Below, piece after piece: positions 10,593 to 20,171 of a stretch of DNA of 64,000 nucleotides (position 1 is its first letter; each line of letters opens with the position of its first letter). The position numbers and the translations under genes are program-made. The stretch lies in assembly GCA_017396025.1 (NCBI GenBank), contig JAFQNF010000046.1:18788-82787 (forward strand), given 5' to 3'. This DNA is from a bacterium (GTDB taxonomy: Bacteria; Cyanobacteriota; Vampirovibrionia; Gastranaerophilales; Gastranaerophilaceae). Under the pieces are notes generated by a model. The model saw only the letters and a program-made list of their open reading frames with translations, was not told the DNA's origin and made no database searches.

Positions 10593-11576
10593 ATGACTAA
10601 AACAAAAAAAATCACAACAATCTTTATTCTACTTGTTATATTATTAATTTCTTTGTACCTTGCAATGTACGCAGGGTACAAAGATTTTGGTTATAATATG
10701 CTATATAAAGCCTTTAATTTGGGCGAAGATACAGATAGTATGATTTTAACCGTACTTCGATATCCAAGAGCATTAAAAGCGTTTATAGCTGGTGGTTGTT
10801 TAGCTTTAGCTGGGATGTTTATGCAATCTGTATCTAAAAACCCATTAGCAGAACCTTATATCACAGGTATTTCTGCAGGCGCAGGTCTTGGAATTGTTCT
10901 ATCAATCCTGTTATTTAACAGTTCAAACTATTCAATTTTTGGATTTATTGGTGCATTAATTTCATCTGCACTAGTTATTATATTCTCTGGTTTAAGCAGA
11001 TTTTCAATAACTAAACTAATCTTAATTGGTTTATCAATGAATATATTTGTAAGTTCCTTAATTTCACTAATAATTCTAGTAAACCCATTAAAATCTTATA
11101 TGATGATGTTAATTTTATCTGGCGGAGTTACAAATAACGAAATAATTTCTAATAAAATGCTTGTTATTGTATTTTGTTTGTTAATGATTGCAAGTGCGAT
11201 TTTCATACCAAAACTAAACTATTTAAGATTAGATAGCGAACTGCTTGAAACAAATAAAAATAAAAAATATTTATACACAGTTATTGTAATTATAATTGCA
11301 TCATTTTTAACATCTTTAAGCGTATTTGCAGCAGGCATTTTAGGTTTTGTTGGTATTATCGCACCACAAATTTCAAGAATGCTTTTAGGACAAGATTATA
11401 GATGGTTATTCATTGCAAACACTCTAATCGGTGGAAGCTTGATTTTATTAGCAGACTATATAGCAAGAACAGTAATCTATCCACTTCAAGTTCCATTAGG
11501 TTTAGTTGTAGCATTTATTGGCGCACCTGTGTTTGTGTTCTTTTTAACTAGAAAAGGAGATATGTTCCGTGATTAA
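10593..11576 (+). CDS. ABC importer permease, FecCD/BtuC family
   Basis: 327 aa, multi-pass, with typical FecCD features (RYPRALKAFIAGG.LALAG..MQ, GIIAPQISRML, PLGLVVAFIGAPVFVFFL). Confidence 0.9.
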   Translation: MTKTKKITTIFILLVILLISLYLAMYAGYKDFGYNMLYKAFNLGEDTDSMILTVLRYPRALKAFIAGGCLALAGMFMQSVSKNPLAEPYITGISAGAGLGIVLSILLFNSSNYSIFGFIGALISSALVIIFSGLSRFSITKLILIGLSMNIFVSSLISLIILVNPLKSYMMMLILSGGVTNNEIISNKMLVIVFCLLMIASAIFIPKLNYLRLDSELLETNKNKKYLYTVIVIIIASFLTSLSVFAAGILGFVGIIAPQISRMLLGQDYRWLFIANTLIGGSLILLADYIARTVIYPLQVPLGLVVAFIGAPVFVFFLTRKGDMFRD

Positions 11577-12291
11577 CATTAAGAATTTATCTCTAAAAGT
11601 TGATAAGCTTACAATTTTTGAAAATGCTGATATAAATATTCCAAAAGATAAAATAACAGTCCTAGTTGGACCAAATGGCGTTGGAAAAACTACACTTTTA
11701 AAAATAATTTCTGGAATTATAAAACCTCAAACAGGTTCTATAGAAAAAAACTGCAAAGAACTATTTTATTTACCTCAAAGGATAAAATATCCTTCTGGAA
11801 TAACTCTTCAAGAATATATTGAATCATCATTTTACAAGCAAAATTGGAAATGGTTTTTATCAAAAGAAGAAAAACAAAAAATTGATGAAACACTAGAACT
11901 TTTAGAACTTACTGATAGAAAAAATACACTAATAGATAACCTAAGTTCAGGTGAACTTCAAAAAGCGAATATTGCACTAGGGCTAGTATCTAATGCCGAT
12001 GTATTTTTACTTGATGAACCAACATCCAACATGGATTTAATAAATCAAATAAAAGTTTTAGATATCATCAAAAAGCTTACAACAAAAGGTATTTCTTGTT
12101 TGATAGTGTTGCACGACATCAACCTATCAGCTAGTTATGGTGACTATTTTATCGGACTTACAAAACAAAATAGAATAATCTGTGAAGAAAAAAATAAATT
12201 TTTCACACCAGAAACACTTAATGCAATTTTTGGAATTAATTTTAAGGTAATAAACAGCGATGAAGATTTCCATATACAAATATTTAATTAG
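11569..12291 (+). CDS. ABC importer ATP-binding protein (BtuD/FecE-like)
   Basis: Walker A GPNGVGKTT, signature LSSGELQ, Walker B VFLLDEPT, H-loop LHD. The start overlaps the permease stop. Confidence 0.9.
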   Translation: MINIKNLSLKVDKLTIFENADINIPKDKITVLVGPNGVGKTTLLKIISGIIKPQTGSIEKNCKELFYLPQRIKYPSGITLQEYIESSFYKQNWKWFLSKEEKQKIDETLELLELTDRKNTLIDNLSSGELQKANIALGLVSNADVFLLDEPTSNMDLINQIKVLDIIKKLTTKGISCLIVLHDINLSASYGDYFIGLTKQNRIICEEKNKFFTPETLNAIFGINFKVINSDEDFHIQIFN

Positions 12292-13054
12292 CACTGTTTG
12301 CCTAATAATTGGATTAACTTCATATGCAACAACATATGCAAGTTTATCACCTGTTCCAACAGAAATTATTTATGCACTTAATGCTGAAAAAAATCTAGTT
12401 GGTGTTTCTACAACTTGTAATTTTCCAGAAGAAACAAAAGAAAAACCAATTATTGGCGATACCTATTTTGTTAATATGGAAATGATGGTAAAACTAAAAC
12501 CAGATTACCTTTTTACAATGTCATCTGCAAAACCAATGCTCGGACAACTATCTCAAACAAAAACAAAACCAATTTATTTTGAATTTACGAAAATAGAAGA
12601 AATTTATGATGCTATAAACTATATTGCAAAACTTACAAACACAGAAGAAAATGCACCTAAATTGATAGCTGATATAAAAAAGAAAGTCGAACAAAGCAAA
12701 ACAAAAAATTCTAAAAGAATTCTATACGTAGTTCAAACAGAACCACTAATTACAATTGGAGAGAAAAGTTTTATAACAGATATTATCGAAAAATCAGGTC
12801 ACACATCAGTTACTTCAAATATTGAACATTATTACCCTAATATTACGTTAGAGTATGCAATGAAAATGGACCCTGATGTTGTTATAATTTGTTTTCCAAC
12901 AAACGTTGAAAAAATACAAAAACTGTTGCCTAATGCTAAATTTTTATACTTAACAGAAAATCAACGTGACATAATAAACCGTTCTGGTCCAAGAGTTTAT
13001 GAAGCAGTTAAGTTATTTGCAGATTTAAACTTGAATGAAAAACCTACAAATTAA
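12260..13054 (+). CDS. Periplasmic substrate-binding protein (BtuF/class 8 SBP-like)
   Basis: Signal/lipoprotein-like N-terminus, LKPDYLF and DPDVVII motifs typical of siderophore/cobalamin-binding SBPs. Last gene of the riboswitch-led operon. Confidence 0.8.
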   Translation: MKISIYKYLISTVCLIIGLTSYATTYASLSPVPTEIIYALNAEKNLVGVSTTCNFPEETKEKPIIGDTYFVNMEMMVKLKPDYLFTMSSAKPMLGQLSQTKTKPIYFEFTKIEEIYDAINYIAKLTNTEENAPKLIADIKKKVEQSKTKNSKRILYVVQTEPLITIGEKSFITDIIEKSGHTSVTSNIEHYYPNITLEYAMKMDPDVVIICFPTNVEKIQKLLPNAKFLYLTENQRDIINRSGPRVYEAVKLFADLNLNEKPTN

Positions 13055-13922
13055 TTTTTATCTCTGTCCACTCATCACCAATTTGTTTTCCTTGAAGAGT
13101 ATTTCTCTTTAGTCTTATTTTTTTATAATGTTTATCAGAAATCAACTTTCCTGTAGAATCATAAATCTGATATAACTTTCCTTTTCTTACAAGAATATAT
13201 TCACCAAGATTTTTTATTTTGTCATATTCTGGAAATAAAATAAGCGTTCCCTTATTATTAGTTAAACCATATTTTCCAGATATTTTTAAAACATATGTGT
13301 CATAAAGTGATTTTATTTTGTCATACTCATTTTTCACTAAAATATTATTAGAACTATCCATCATTCCATAGTACCCATTTAATTTAGTGATATATAAATT
13401 TTTACCGACTTCTTCTATTGATTTATATTTTAACGGAGAAATAGTATTTTCACTTAAGTCGATAATTCCGTACTTCTTATCTGCTCGAACAAGCAACCTA
13501 TTCGGCGCAATTTCTCGCATCGATGTATATTTTCTTGATGAAATAATTTCACCATCTGCTCTCATCAAATTATATTTTTTATTTTTTCTAAATATAAAAT
13601 AATGATTTTTCTTATATACTAAATGACTTGCATTTGTACAATTATCCTGTATTATCGAACCATCTTTGTTCATCAAAGTATAATATGTATTCGAATATCT
13701 TCTACCATCTGAATAATAACGAACAACTGTTTCGGAAGTCATTTTATGTTCATCGCAATCAGAAAATTTATGTTCTTGGGAATATGAATCAGTTCTAATC
13801 AAATATGAACTTGAAGAAGAATGATGCCTGTGAGGAGGTGGAGTCTTTGGCGGCTTTGCAATTGCTAAAGAACTAAAGCAAAATATTACACATAATAGCA
13901 ATATAAATTTTTTCTTCATCAC
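13044..13922 (-). CDS. Exported WG/KWG-repeat protein
   Basis: Signal peptide (FILLLCVIFCFSSLAIA). Repeated units KYGIIDLSENTISPLKYKSIEE, YYGMMDSSNNILVKNEYDKIKS and KYGLTNNKGTLILFPEYDKIKN match the WG-containing repeat layout. Confidence 0.6.
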   Translation of the reverse strand: MMKKKFILLLCVIFCFSSLAIAKPPKTPPPHRHHSSSSSYLIRTDSYSQEHKFSDCDEHKMTSETVVRYYSDGRRYSNTYYTLMNKDGSIIQDNCTNASHLVYKKNHYFIFRKNKKYNLMRADGEIISSRKYTSMREIAPNRLLVRADKKYGIIDLSENTISPLKYKSIEEVGKNLYITKLNGYYGMMDSSNNILVKNEYDKIKSLYDTYVLKISGKYGLTNNKGTLILFPEYDKIKNLGEYILVRKGKLYQIYDSTGKLISDKHYKKIRLKRNTLQGKQIGDEWTEIKINL

Positions 13923-14008
13923 TTTTCTTCAATTCCTACATTTATTATAACGATAAACATAAATTATAGTTCAATTAGCAAGTTTGAATTTGTTCAGGTT
14001 TAAAACAT

Positions 14009-15079
14009 ATGACCATGAATATTTCTTTAAATAACACATATGGAATATTTCAATCAAGCACAGTTAAGAGAAGTGCAAATTCATCGTGCTCATTTTCGAA
14101 ATTAACATCTCAACCAACAGACGATTGTTTTATAAGAAGCACTAATTTAATAAAAAAGATTACAAATAAACAAAGACTTCAAAACTTATATAATCGAACA
14201 TATGATGATACATTAAGACTAATTACAAAAGTAAACCCTGTAGTTAGTGAATTAAAATTACAAAAACCAGAATTTAGAATAGAGAAGTTTGACGATCCAC
14301 AAAAAGGTGGTGGATACGGTTTTGCTGATAACTGCATAACCATAGCAGAAGATATGTTTGATTATTGTTCTTACATTATAGGAACGACTGATGAAAATGG
14401 AGAGATTGATAGTTTTATAGGATTTGCTTCTGAAAACAATAAAAATGAGAAAATAAAAGAAGCAAGAACTTCAACCCCTAATGCAACTCTTATCAAATTA
14501 ACTGAGGAAGAAAAAGATATATATGTTCAGTCTGCAATAGCACACGAATTAAGACACTTTGTTCAAAATCATTTAATAGCTTCAACCAAAAACTGTGGTG
14601 AAATACAAAAAGCCGGTTTTAATGATTTCTTAAAAGCCGCAAAAGATGAATTAACAAAGGTTAAAGAAGAATACATACAAGCTTGTAAAGAAGCAGGAAT
14701 CACACCAAATCCAGAAATAATAAAAGACGATACCCAATACTACGAAACCTATACCCCTAAAAAATTACTACCAGAAACTACTACATTAAAATTTTCTTGT
14801 TTTTCTGATGACAACAGAAGATTATCAGTAAAAAACCATCTATTAAAATCACAAATGGATGCAACAAAAGGAAAAGGAATTAAAAGTTACGACGATGATT
14901 ATCATTCTAGTGCATTAGAAATTGATGCTTATAATTTCCAATACGAATACCTTTTATTTACAGCAGCAACAAATAAAAATGTTAGAAAAGACGTAATTAC
15001 TGCACTATCTCTGTATCCTTGCATGAATAGAGACGACGGGTTAGAAATTATGAATAAAAGAGGAATTAACTTCGTTTAA
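14009..15079 (+). CDS. Hypothetical protein with an HExxH motif (possible zincin-like metallopeptidase)
   Basis: 356 aa with no signal peptide. It has a single AIAHELRHFVQNH motif and the N-terminal leader MTMNISLNN...SSCSFSKL. Confidence 0.45.
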   Translation: MTMNISLNNTYGIFQSSTVKRSANSSCSFSKLTSQPTDDCFIRSTNLIKKITNKQRLQNLYNRTYDDTLRLITKVNPVVSELKLQKPEFRIEKFDDPQKGGGYGFADNCITIAEDMFDYCSYIIGTTDENGEIDSFIGFASENNKNEKIKEARTSTPNATLIKLTEEEKDIYVQSAIAHELRHFVQNHLIASTKNCGEIQKAGFNDFLKAAKDELTKVKEEYIQACKEAGITPNPEIIKDDTQYYETYTPKKLLPETTTLKFSCFSDDNRRLSVKNHLLKSQMDATKGKGIKSYDDDYHSSALEIDAYNFQYEYLLFTAATNKNVRKDVITALSLYPCMNRDDGLEIMNKRGINFV

Positions 15080-15154
15080 ATAAATTTTCTTTTTTTCTAG
15101 CTTTCTTCGTAATAAAATTCTTTTTGAAACATCAAAAAGAAAGAGTTTAAGAAT

Positions 15155-16120
15155 ATGTTAAAGGATATTTTTGAAGAAAAAAAAGGTTTTAAACTTGTTT
15201 GTGGCGCAGGAAATGAAGATGCTGAAGAAGTAGAAAAATTAGTTACGATATACTCTTTAGCTGGGTGCCCATTTTTTGATGTTTGTGCAAAACCAGAAAT
15301 TGTAGATGCAGCAAAAAAAGGCTTAAAAAATGCAGGCATTACAGAAAATAGATATTTATGCGTTAGTGTAGGAATAGCTGGAGATCCGCACATAACTAAA
15401 GCAGTAATAAATGAAGAGAAATGTATCAAATGCGGAAATTGTAAAAATATTTGTCCTCATGGTGCAATTACAGATAACTTTGAAATAAAAAGAGAAAGAT
15501 GCTTAGGTTGCACTCAATGCGCAAAAGAATGTCCAACAGAAGCAATATCAATGCAATCTCAAATTCAAGACTACAAAGAAGTTTTACCGCAACTTATCGA
15601 AAAAGGAATTGATTGTATTGAATTCCACGCAATTTCAACAGATGAAAATGATGTTGATGCAAAATGGAATCAGTTGAATGAAATGTTTAACGGAATGCTT
15701 TGCATCTCACTTGACCGTTCAGAACTTGGAGACAAAAAATTGAAAGAAAGAGTTGAAAGACTTGTTTCAAAAAGAAAACCTTACACAACTATAATTCAAG
15801 CTGACGGTGTTGCAATGAGCGGCAACAATGATGAATATGGAACAACACTTCAAGCTGTGGCAACTGCTCAATTGTTCCAAAATTCTAAAATCCCAGCATA
15901 TATTATGATGTCTGGAGGAACAAATACAAAATCAACACAGCTGACAAAATTATGTGGAGTGCAACCTCATTGTTTAGCTGTTGGTTCATTTGCAAGAAAA
16001 ATTGTTAGTGACTATTTAAAACAGGATAATATTTTAGAAGATAAAAAATCCCTAAATGAAGCTGTTAAGATTGCAAAATCATTGATTGATATTTCATTGG
16101 AGAATATGAAAAATGATTAA
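15155..16120 (+). CDS. LdpA-like iron-sulfur protein (two 4Fe-4S ferredoxin motifs)
   Basis: CIKCGNCKNICPHGAI and CLGCTQCAKECPTEAI are two CxxCxxCxxxCP motifs. The N-terminus FKLVCGAGNEDAEEVEKLVTIYSLAGCPFFDVCAKPEIV resembles the cyanobacterial LdpA family as I recall it. This needs verification. Confidence 0.55.
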   Translation: MLKDIFEEKKGFKLVCGAGNEDAEEVEKLVTIYSLAGCPFFDVCAKPEIVDAAKKGLKNAGITENRYLCVSVGIAGDPHITKAVINEEKCIKCGNCKNICPHGAITDNFEIKRERCLGCTQCAKECPTEAISMQSQIQDYKEVLPQLIEKGIDCIEFHAISTDENDVDAKWNQLNEMFNGMLCISLDRSELGDKKLKERVERLVSKRKPYTTIIQADGVAMSGNNDEYGTTLQAVATAQLFQNSKIPAYIMMSGGTNTKSTQLTKLCGVQPHCLAVGSFARKIVSDYLKQDNILEDKKSLNEAVKIAKSLIDISLENMKND

Positions 16121-16886
16121 TCTTTGTACTAAAGATTGGGAAATAAACAACATTGAAACTATTCTTTTTGACAAAGATGGAACATTTATTGACCTGCATT
16201 ATTTTTGGGGTCAAATGACAGAACTAAGAGTTAAAGAAATAATAAAAAGATTCAACAAAAATAACGAAATTTTTGAGCAACTATGTCTATGTCTTGGATA
16301 TAATCCAAAAACAGGCAAAATGCTATCCGATGGAATAACTGCGCTGTACTCTCGTTCAAAAATAATAGATATTTTTAAATATGATTTAAAAAAATACGAT
16401 ATTTATACAACAGATATTGAGCTTGAAGAAATTTTTGATTATGTAAGTAATATTTTTTACGAAAATATGCAAAAATATACAAAGCCAATCACAGAAGCAA
16501 TTGAATTTATAAAAAAAGTTCGTGCATTGGGAATAAAAACAGGTATTGTCACATCTGACGCCAAAAAATCAACAGATTTAACTATAAAACATTTTCAATG
16601 GGAAAATCTTTTTGATGTTGTAATAGGAAGAGAATCATCAACAGAAACAAAGGAAAGTGGTGTTCCAACAAAAATGGCACTAAGGGAATTAAATGCAAAC
16701 CCTAAAACAACTGTTATGATTGGTGATGCACCTATGGATTATATAAGCGCAAAAAACGCAGACATTAATAAAACAATCCTTGTTGCAACTGGGCAGATTG
16801 ATGAAAACAAATTAAAAGAAACTTCTCAATATACAATCAGTAAACTTGATAAAATAGAAATAAAAAAGAAAGACCCACTTTCGTGA
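16113..16886 (+). CDS. HAD-superfamily hydrolase
   Basis: Motif I ILFDKDGTFID, motif II VTSD, motif IV GDAPMD. The start overlaps the upstream stop. Confidence 0.75.
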   Translation: MINLCTKDWEINNIETILFDKDGTFIDLHYFWGQMTELRVKEIIKRFNKNNEIFEQLCLCLGYNPKTGKMLSDGITALYSRSKIIDIFKYDLKKYDIYTTDIELEEIFDYVSNIFYENMQKYTKPITEAIEFIKKVRALGIKTGIVTSDAKKSTDLTIKHFQWENLFDVVIGRESSTETKESGVPTKMALRELNANPKTTVMIGDAPMDYISAKNADINKTILVATGQIDENKLKETSQYTISKLDKIEIKKKDPLS

Positions 16887-16910
16887 GTCTTCTTTTTATT
16901 TGCACATCTT

Positions 16911-17832
16911 TTATTTAATGAAGTCGAAACCGAATCCGCCCCAAATGCTGTTAAGAAATCTATTCCAAAAACCACCAGCATCAATTACGTCATGACCAAA
17001 TCCACCTCTAACGATATTGCCTTTGCCTTCAATTCCTATCTTATCAGAGCCTGTTCCGCCTTTTACAATATTTCCATTACCATTAGAATATACGCTGTCT
17101 TTGCCACTATCACCATCTACATAAGAGTGGTCACCATATGATGCAAGAGAATCTTTTCCACTTCCACCGTGAAGAGTGTTATGGTCACCGAGTACGTCAA
17201 CCATATCTGCACCTTTGCCACCATTAGCAATTACATGGTCACCTTTGAACTTAATGTAATCATCGCCTTTGCCACCATTGATAGAAACATGATTAATATC
17301 TTCACCATAAATTAAGTCATCGCCTTTTCCGCCAGTTACTTTTGAATGGTCAGTGTTATACAAACCAACATTGTCATCGCCCTTGCCTGCATTCACATCA
17401 ACTTTAGATGAATCTACAACAACAATATTATCATCACCTTTTCCAGCATCAATATCTATATTTTTAGAATTTGAAATACTAATATTATCTGTACCAGTAC
17501 TTCCATCAATATCTACATTTTTAGAATCTAAAACCACAAGATTAATACCTTCTGATTCCAAATCAATTTTTGCATTATCTGCTTCAGCAAATGTATATGT
17601 ACTATTTGCATTTCCACCTTCAATGCTTATATTTTTCCCATCAAAACCATCAAAAGTATATGTTCCAGTTTTTTCATCATATGAAATTGTAGGCTGATCT
17701 TCGCCCCAAGTGCCTTTCCATACAGAATCATTATCATAAGTTACTTTAGAACCATCTTTAAGAATAACTGTTGTTTGATTACCATTGTTAAACGAATGCA
17801 TAACTGCATCACTGTTGATACCGTTCATCATA
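16911..17832 (-). CDS. Beta-roll (RTX-like GGxGxD) repeat protein
   Basis: I prefer the start MMNGINSD at 17832 (AGGAGAG upstream). There are about 9 units with an 18-aa period (GGKGDDLIYGEDINHVSIN / GGKGDDYIKFKGDHVIAN / GGKGADMVDVLGDHNTLH ...). The C-terminal tail is Gly/aromatic-rich: GGFWNRFLNSIWGGFGFDFIK. Confidence 0.65.
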
Positions 17833-17949
17833 AAAAACTCTCCTCTTTCTCCAATGTATAGATATAAAGAATTTTTTATAAAAAATATTGCTTTTTTATA
17901 TACCATTTATTTAACTTTTGTTAACAAAACTCTAAAAAGCCTCTAAACA

Positions 17950-19017
17950 CTACCTATTCAGAATTTTATCAAATAGCTTTTGAAGAGGATTTCTAATATC
18001 CGTTTTTTGAAGATTAACTAAAATTGGATATAGAGAAGACGGATACTTATACATATTTTTATGATGTAGAACTTTTATAAGATTTTTATGTTCTTTATGA
18101 TTAGAATTGGTAATACATAAACTTTCATTATATTCCGTATATGCACAACAATCTTGTTTATACTCCCAAAAAATAGGAAATGCGCCATATTCATCAGCCA
18201 TATCAATAAATGCCGGCATATCCTTGTAATTGTTAGACATAACTACAAATTGAATTAAAAAATCAAAATTATATTGTTTCTTTAATCCGCTTAAATATTC
18301 TAAATTTTGAAGCAACATATCAAACAGTTTTTCACCATTTTTAACAACTTTACCATATGTTTCCTTTGTTGCAGCATGAATAGAAATACGTATAGTATCT
18401 ATCTGACTAGGATTAATATTTAACTTATTAAATATCTTTTCATTACACAAAATACCATTCGTTGTAAAATCAAACTTAAGTTCCGGATATGTTTGTGCTG
18501 CTTTTTGTATAACTTTTCTACTATGTCTTGAACCAAAAGGATCACCATGTGTATTTATAACTAAAATTTTTGTAGTTTTTAAAAATGGAATTAAAAAATC
18601 ATCAATTTTATCATCCCATTTTTGTAGTTCTTCTTTAGATAAACGTTTTACTTTGTTTCTACAGATAATACATGCAACATTACACTCATAATCATAACCA
18701 TATCTAACCCTTAATGGTAAGGTTTCCATTTTCGGTTTAAAATCACTCTGAAAATCAGAAAAAAAGTTTCTATTATGTAACATAAAGCATTTATCTGCTT
18801 TACATAAAGAATAATCATTATTTAATATTCGTTGTCTTAAATCAATTGCTTTTTCAGAGTTCCAAACATCTTCCACACTATTTTCAAAAACATTTCCTAT
18901 TGAATAATATTCATTCCAACTTGGGCAGCAAACATAAACACTACCATCTGAGAATATTTCCATTTCTTGAAAAGGTGCTGGGCAAAAATCAAATTTATAA
19001 CTCATGTTTTTATCCAC
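17950..19017 (-). CDS. Radical SAM enzyme with an N-terminal SPASM/twitch-like Cys module (paralog 1 of 3)
   Basis: N-terminus FCPAPFQEMEIFSDGSVYVCCPSW...SIGNVF...DVWNS...SLCKADKC, then the radical SAM core CNVACIIC (CxxxCxxC), HGDPF, TNGIL and IRISIHAAT. Confidence 0.75.
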   Translation of the reverse strand: MDKNMSYKFDFCPAPFQEMEIFSDGSVYVCCPSWNEYYSIGNVFENSVEDVWNSEKAIDLRQRILNNDYSLCKADKCFMLHNRNFFSDFQSDFKPKMETLPLRVRYGYDYECNVACIICRNKVKRLSKEELQKWDDKIDDFLIPFLKTTKILVINTHGDPFGSRHSRKVIQKAAQTYPELKFDFTTNGILCNEKIFNKLNINPSQIDTIRISIHAATKETYGKVVKNGEKLFDMLLQNLEYLSGLKKQYNFDFLIQFVVMSNNYKDMPAFIDMADEYGAFPIFWEYKQDCCAYTEYNESLCITNSNHKEHKNLIKVLHHKNMYKYPSSLYPILVNLQKTDIRNPLQKLFDKILNR

Positions 19018-19039
19018 ATATTAAATAACGAACATATTT

Positions 19040-20011
19040 TTATAGCATCGTTTTTCTTAATTCTTCATCAGTTTTTGAGCTCAAATATTTTGGAGCAATA
19101 TCAAAAACTGTTTTACAACCGGTTTCTCCTTCTTTTGAAAGTCTATAAATAGCCCTTGCATAAGCAACTAAAACACTTGAAGTAAACTCAGGATTTGAAT
19201 CTAATTTTAATGAATATTCTATAACGTGGTTTTTATTTCCAGCAGTTTTTCCTGTTCTTATAACAAAGCCACCATGAGGAATTCCACCATGTTTTTCATT
19301 TAATTCTTCTTCAGAAATAAAATGAACAGTTGTGTCGTAAGGCTCAAAATAATTTGGCATTGTTTTTATCTCTTGTTCAATTCTTGCTTTGTCAGCCCCT
19401 TCTTCAACAACAACAAAACATTCACGAGTATGCATTTGTCTTGCAGTAAATGTTGGATTTTCACCTTTTCTTACAGTTTCTAATGCTTCTTCAACAGGGA
19501 TTGTATATTGTTTAGCGTTTTTAACACCTTCAATTCTTCTTATCGCATCACTATGACCTTGACTAATTCCTTTTCCCCAGAAAGTATAATCTTTACCTTC
19601 TGGCAAAATTGCGTTTGCATAAAGTCTGTTTAATGAGAATAAACCTGGATCCCAGCCTGTTGAAATCAATGCCAAATGATTACCTTCTTTTGCAGCATTA
19701 TCAACATTTTCAAAATGAGTAGGAATTTGTTTATGGTTATCATAACTATCTACGACATTGAACATTTCTGCATATTTAGGAGTTTGAACAGGCAAATCAG
19801 TTGCACTACCACCACAAAGAATTAATACATCAATTTTGCCTTGCCATTGTTCAATGTCATTTAGACTAACAACTTTTGCATTTGAATTAATTTTCAAATC
19901 TGACGGATTTCTTCTTGTAAATACAGCAACTAATTCCATATCTGGATTTTGGCTAATAGCATATTCAACGCCCCTGCCAAGATTTCCATAACCTAAAATT
20001 CCTATTTTCAT
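19040..20011 (-). CDS. ddh: meso-Diaminopimelate D-dehydrogenase
   Basis: 323 aa. MKIGILGYGNLGRGVE..., STGWDPGLFS, WGKGISQGHSDAIRRI and GIPHGGFV are collinear with Corynebacterium Ddh as I recall it. Confidence 0.9.
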   Translation of the reverse strand: MKIGILGYGNLGRGVEYAISQNPDMELVAVFTRRNPSDLKINSNAKVVSLNDIEQWQGKIDVLILCGGSATDLPVQTPKYAEMFNVVDSYDNHKQIPTHFENVDNAAKEGNHLALISTGWDPGLFSLNRLYANAILPEGKDYTFWGKGISQGHSDAIRRIEGVKNAKQYTIPVEEALETVRKGENPTFTARQMHTRECFVVVEEGADKARIEQEIKTMPNYFEPYDTTVHFISEEELNEKHGGIPHGGFVIRTGKTAGNKNHVIEYSLKLDSNPEFTSSVLVAYARAIYRLSKEGETGCKTVFDIAPKYLSSKTDEELRKTML

Positions 20012-20171
20012 ATATTACCTTTTCTATTTTTCAATAACAATTCTCGAAAAAATTATTGCACAAAAACAAGTAAAGTATCAAAAAATTAAAAATATTAAAG
20101 TTTTATTTAAACATACCGATTATAAGAAAATGTATTACTTACAAATAAAATAGGTAAAATCTTTTAATATT

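Noticed and set aside
15097-15429. 110-aa minus-strand ORF overlapping the start of the LdpA-like gene
   Set aside because: It is antisense to a gene with clear 4Fe-4S motifs and is a hydrophobic, low-complexity shadow ORF. The same reasoning rejects the track ORFs at 2599-2847, 5008-5217, 8642-8830, 9569-9805, 13387-13602, 17353-17697, 20627-20830, 34333-34671, 39519-39836, 40758-41156, 42704-43075, 45050-45316, 53348-53656, 54265-54555 and 60472-60738.
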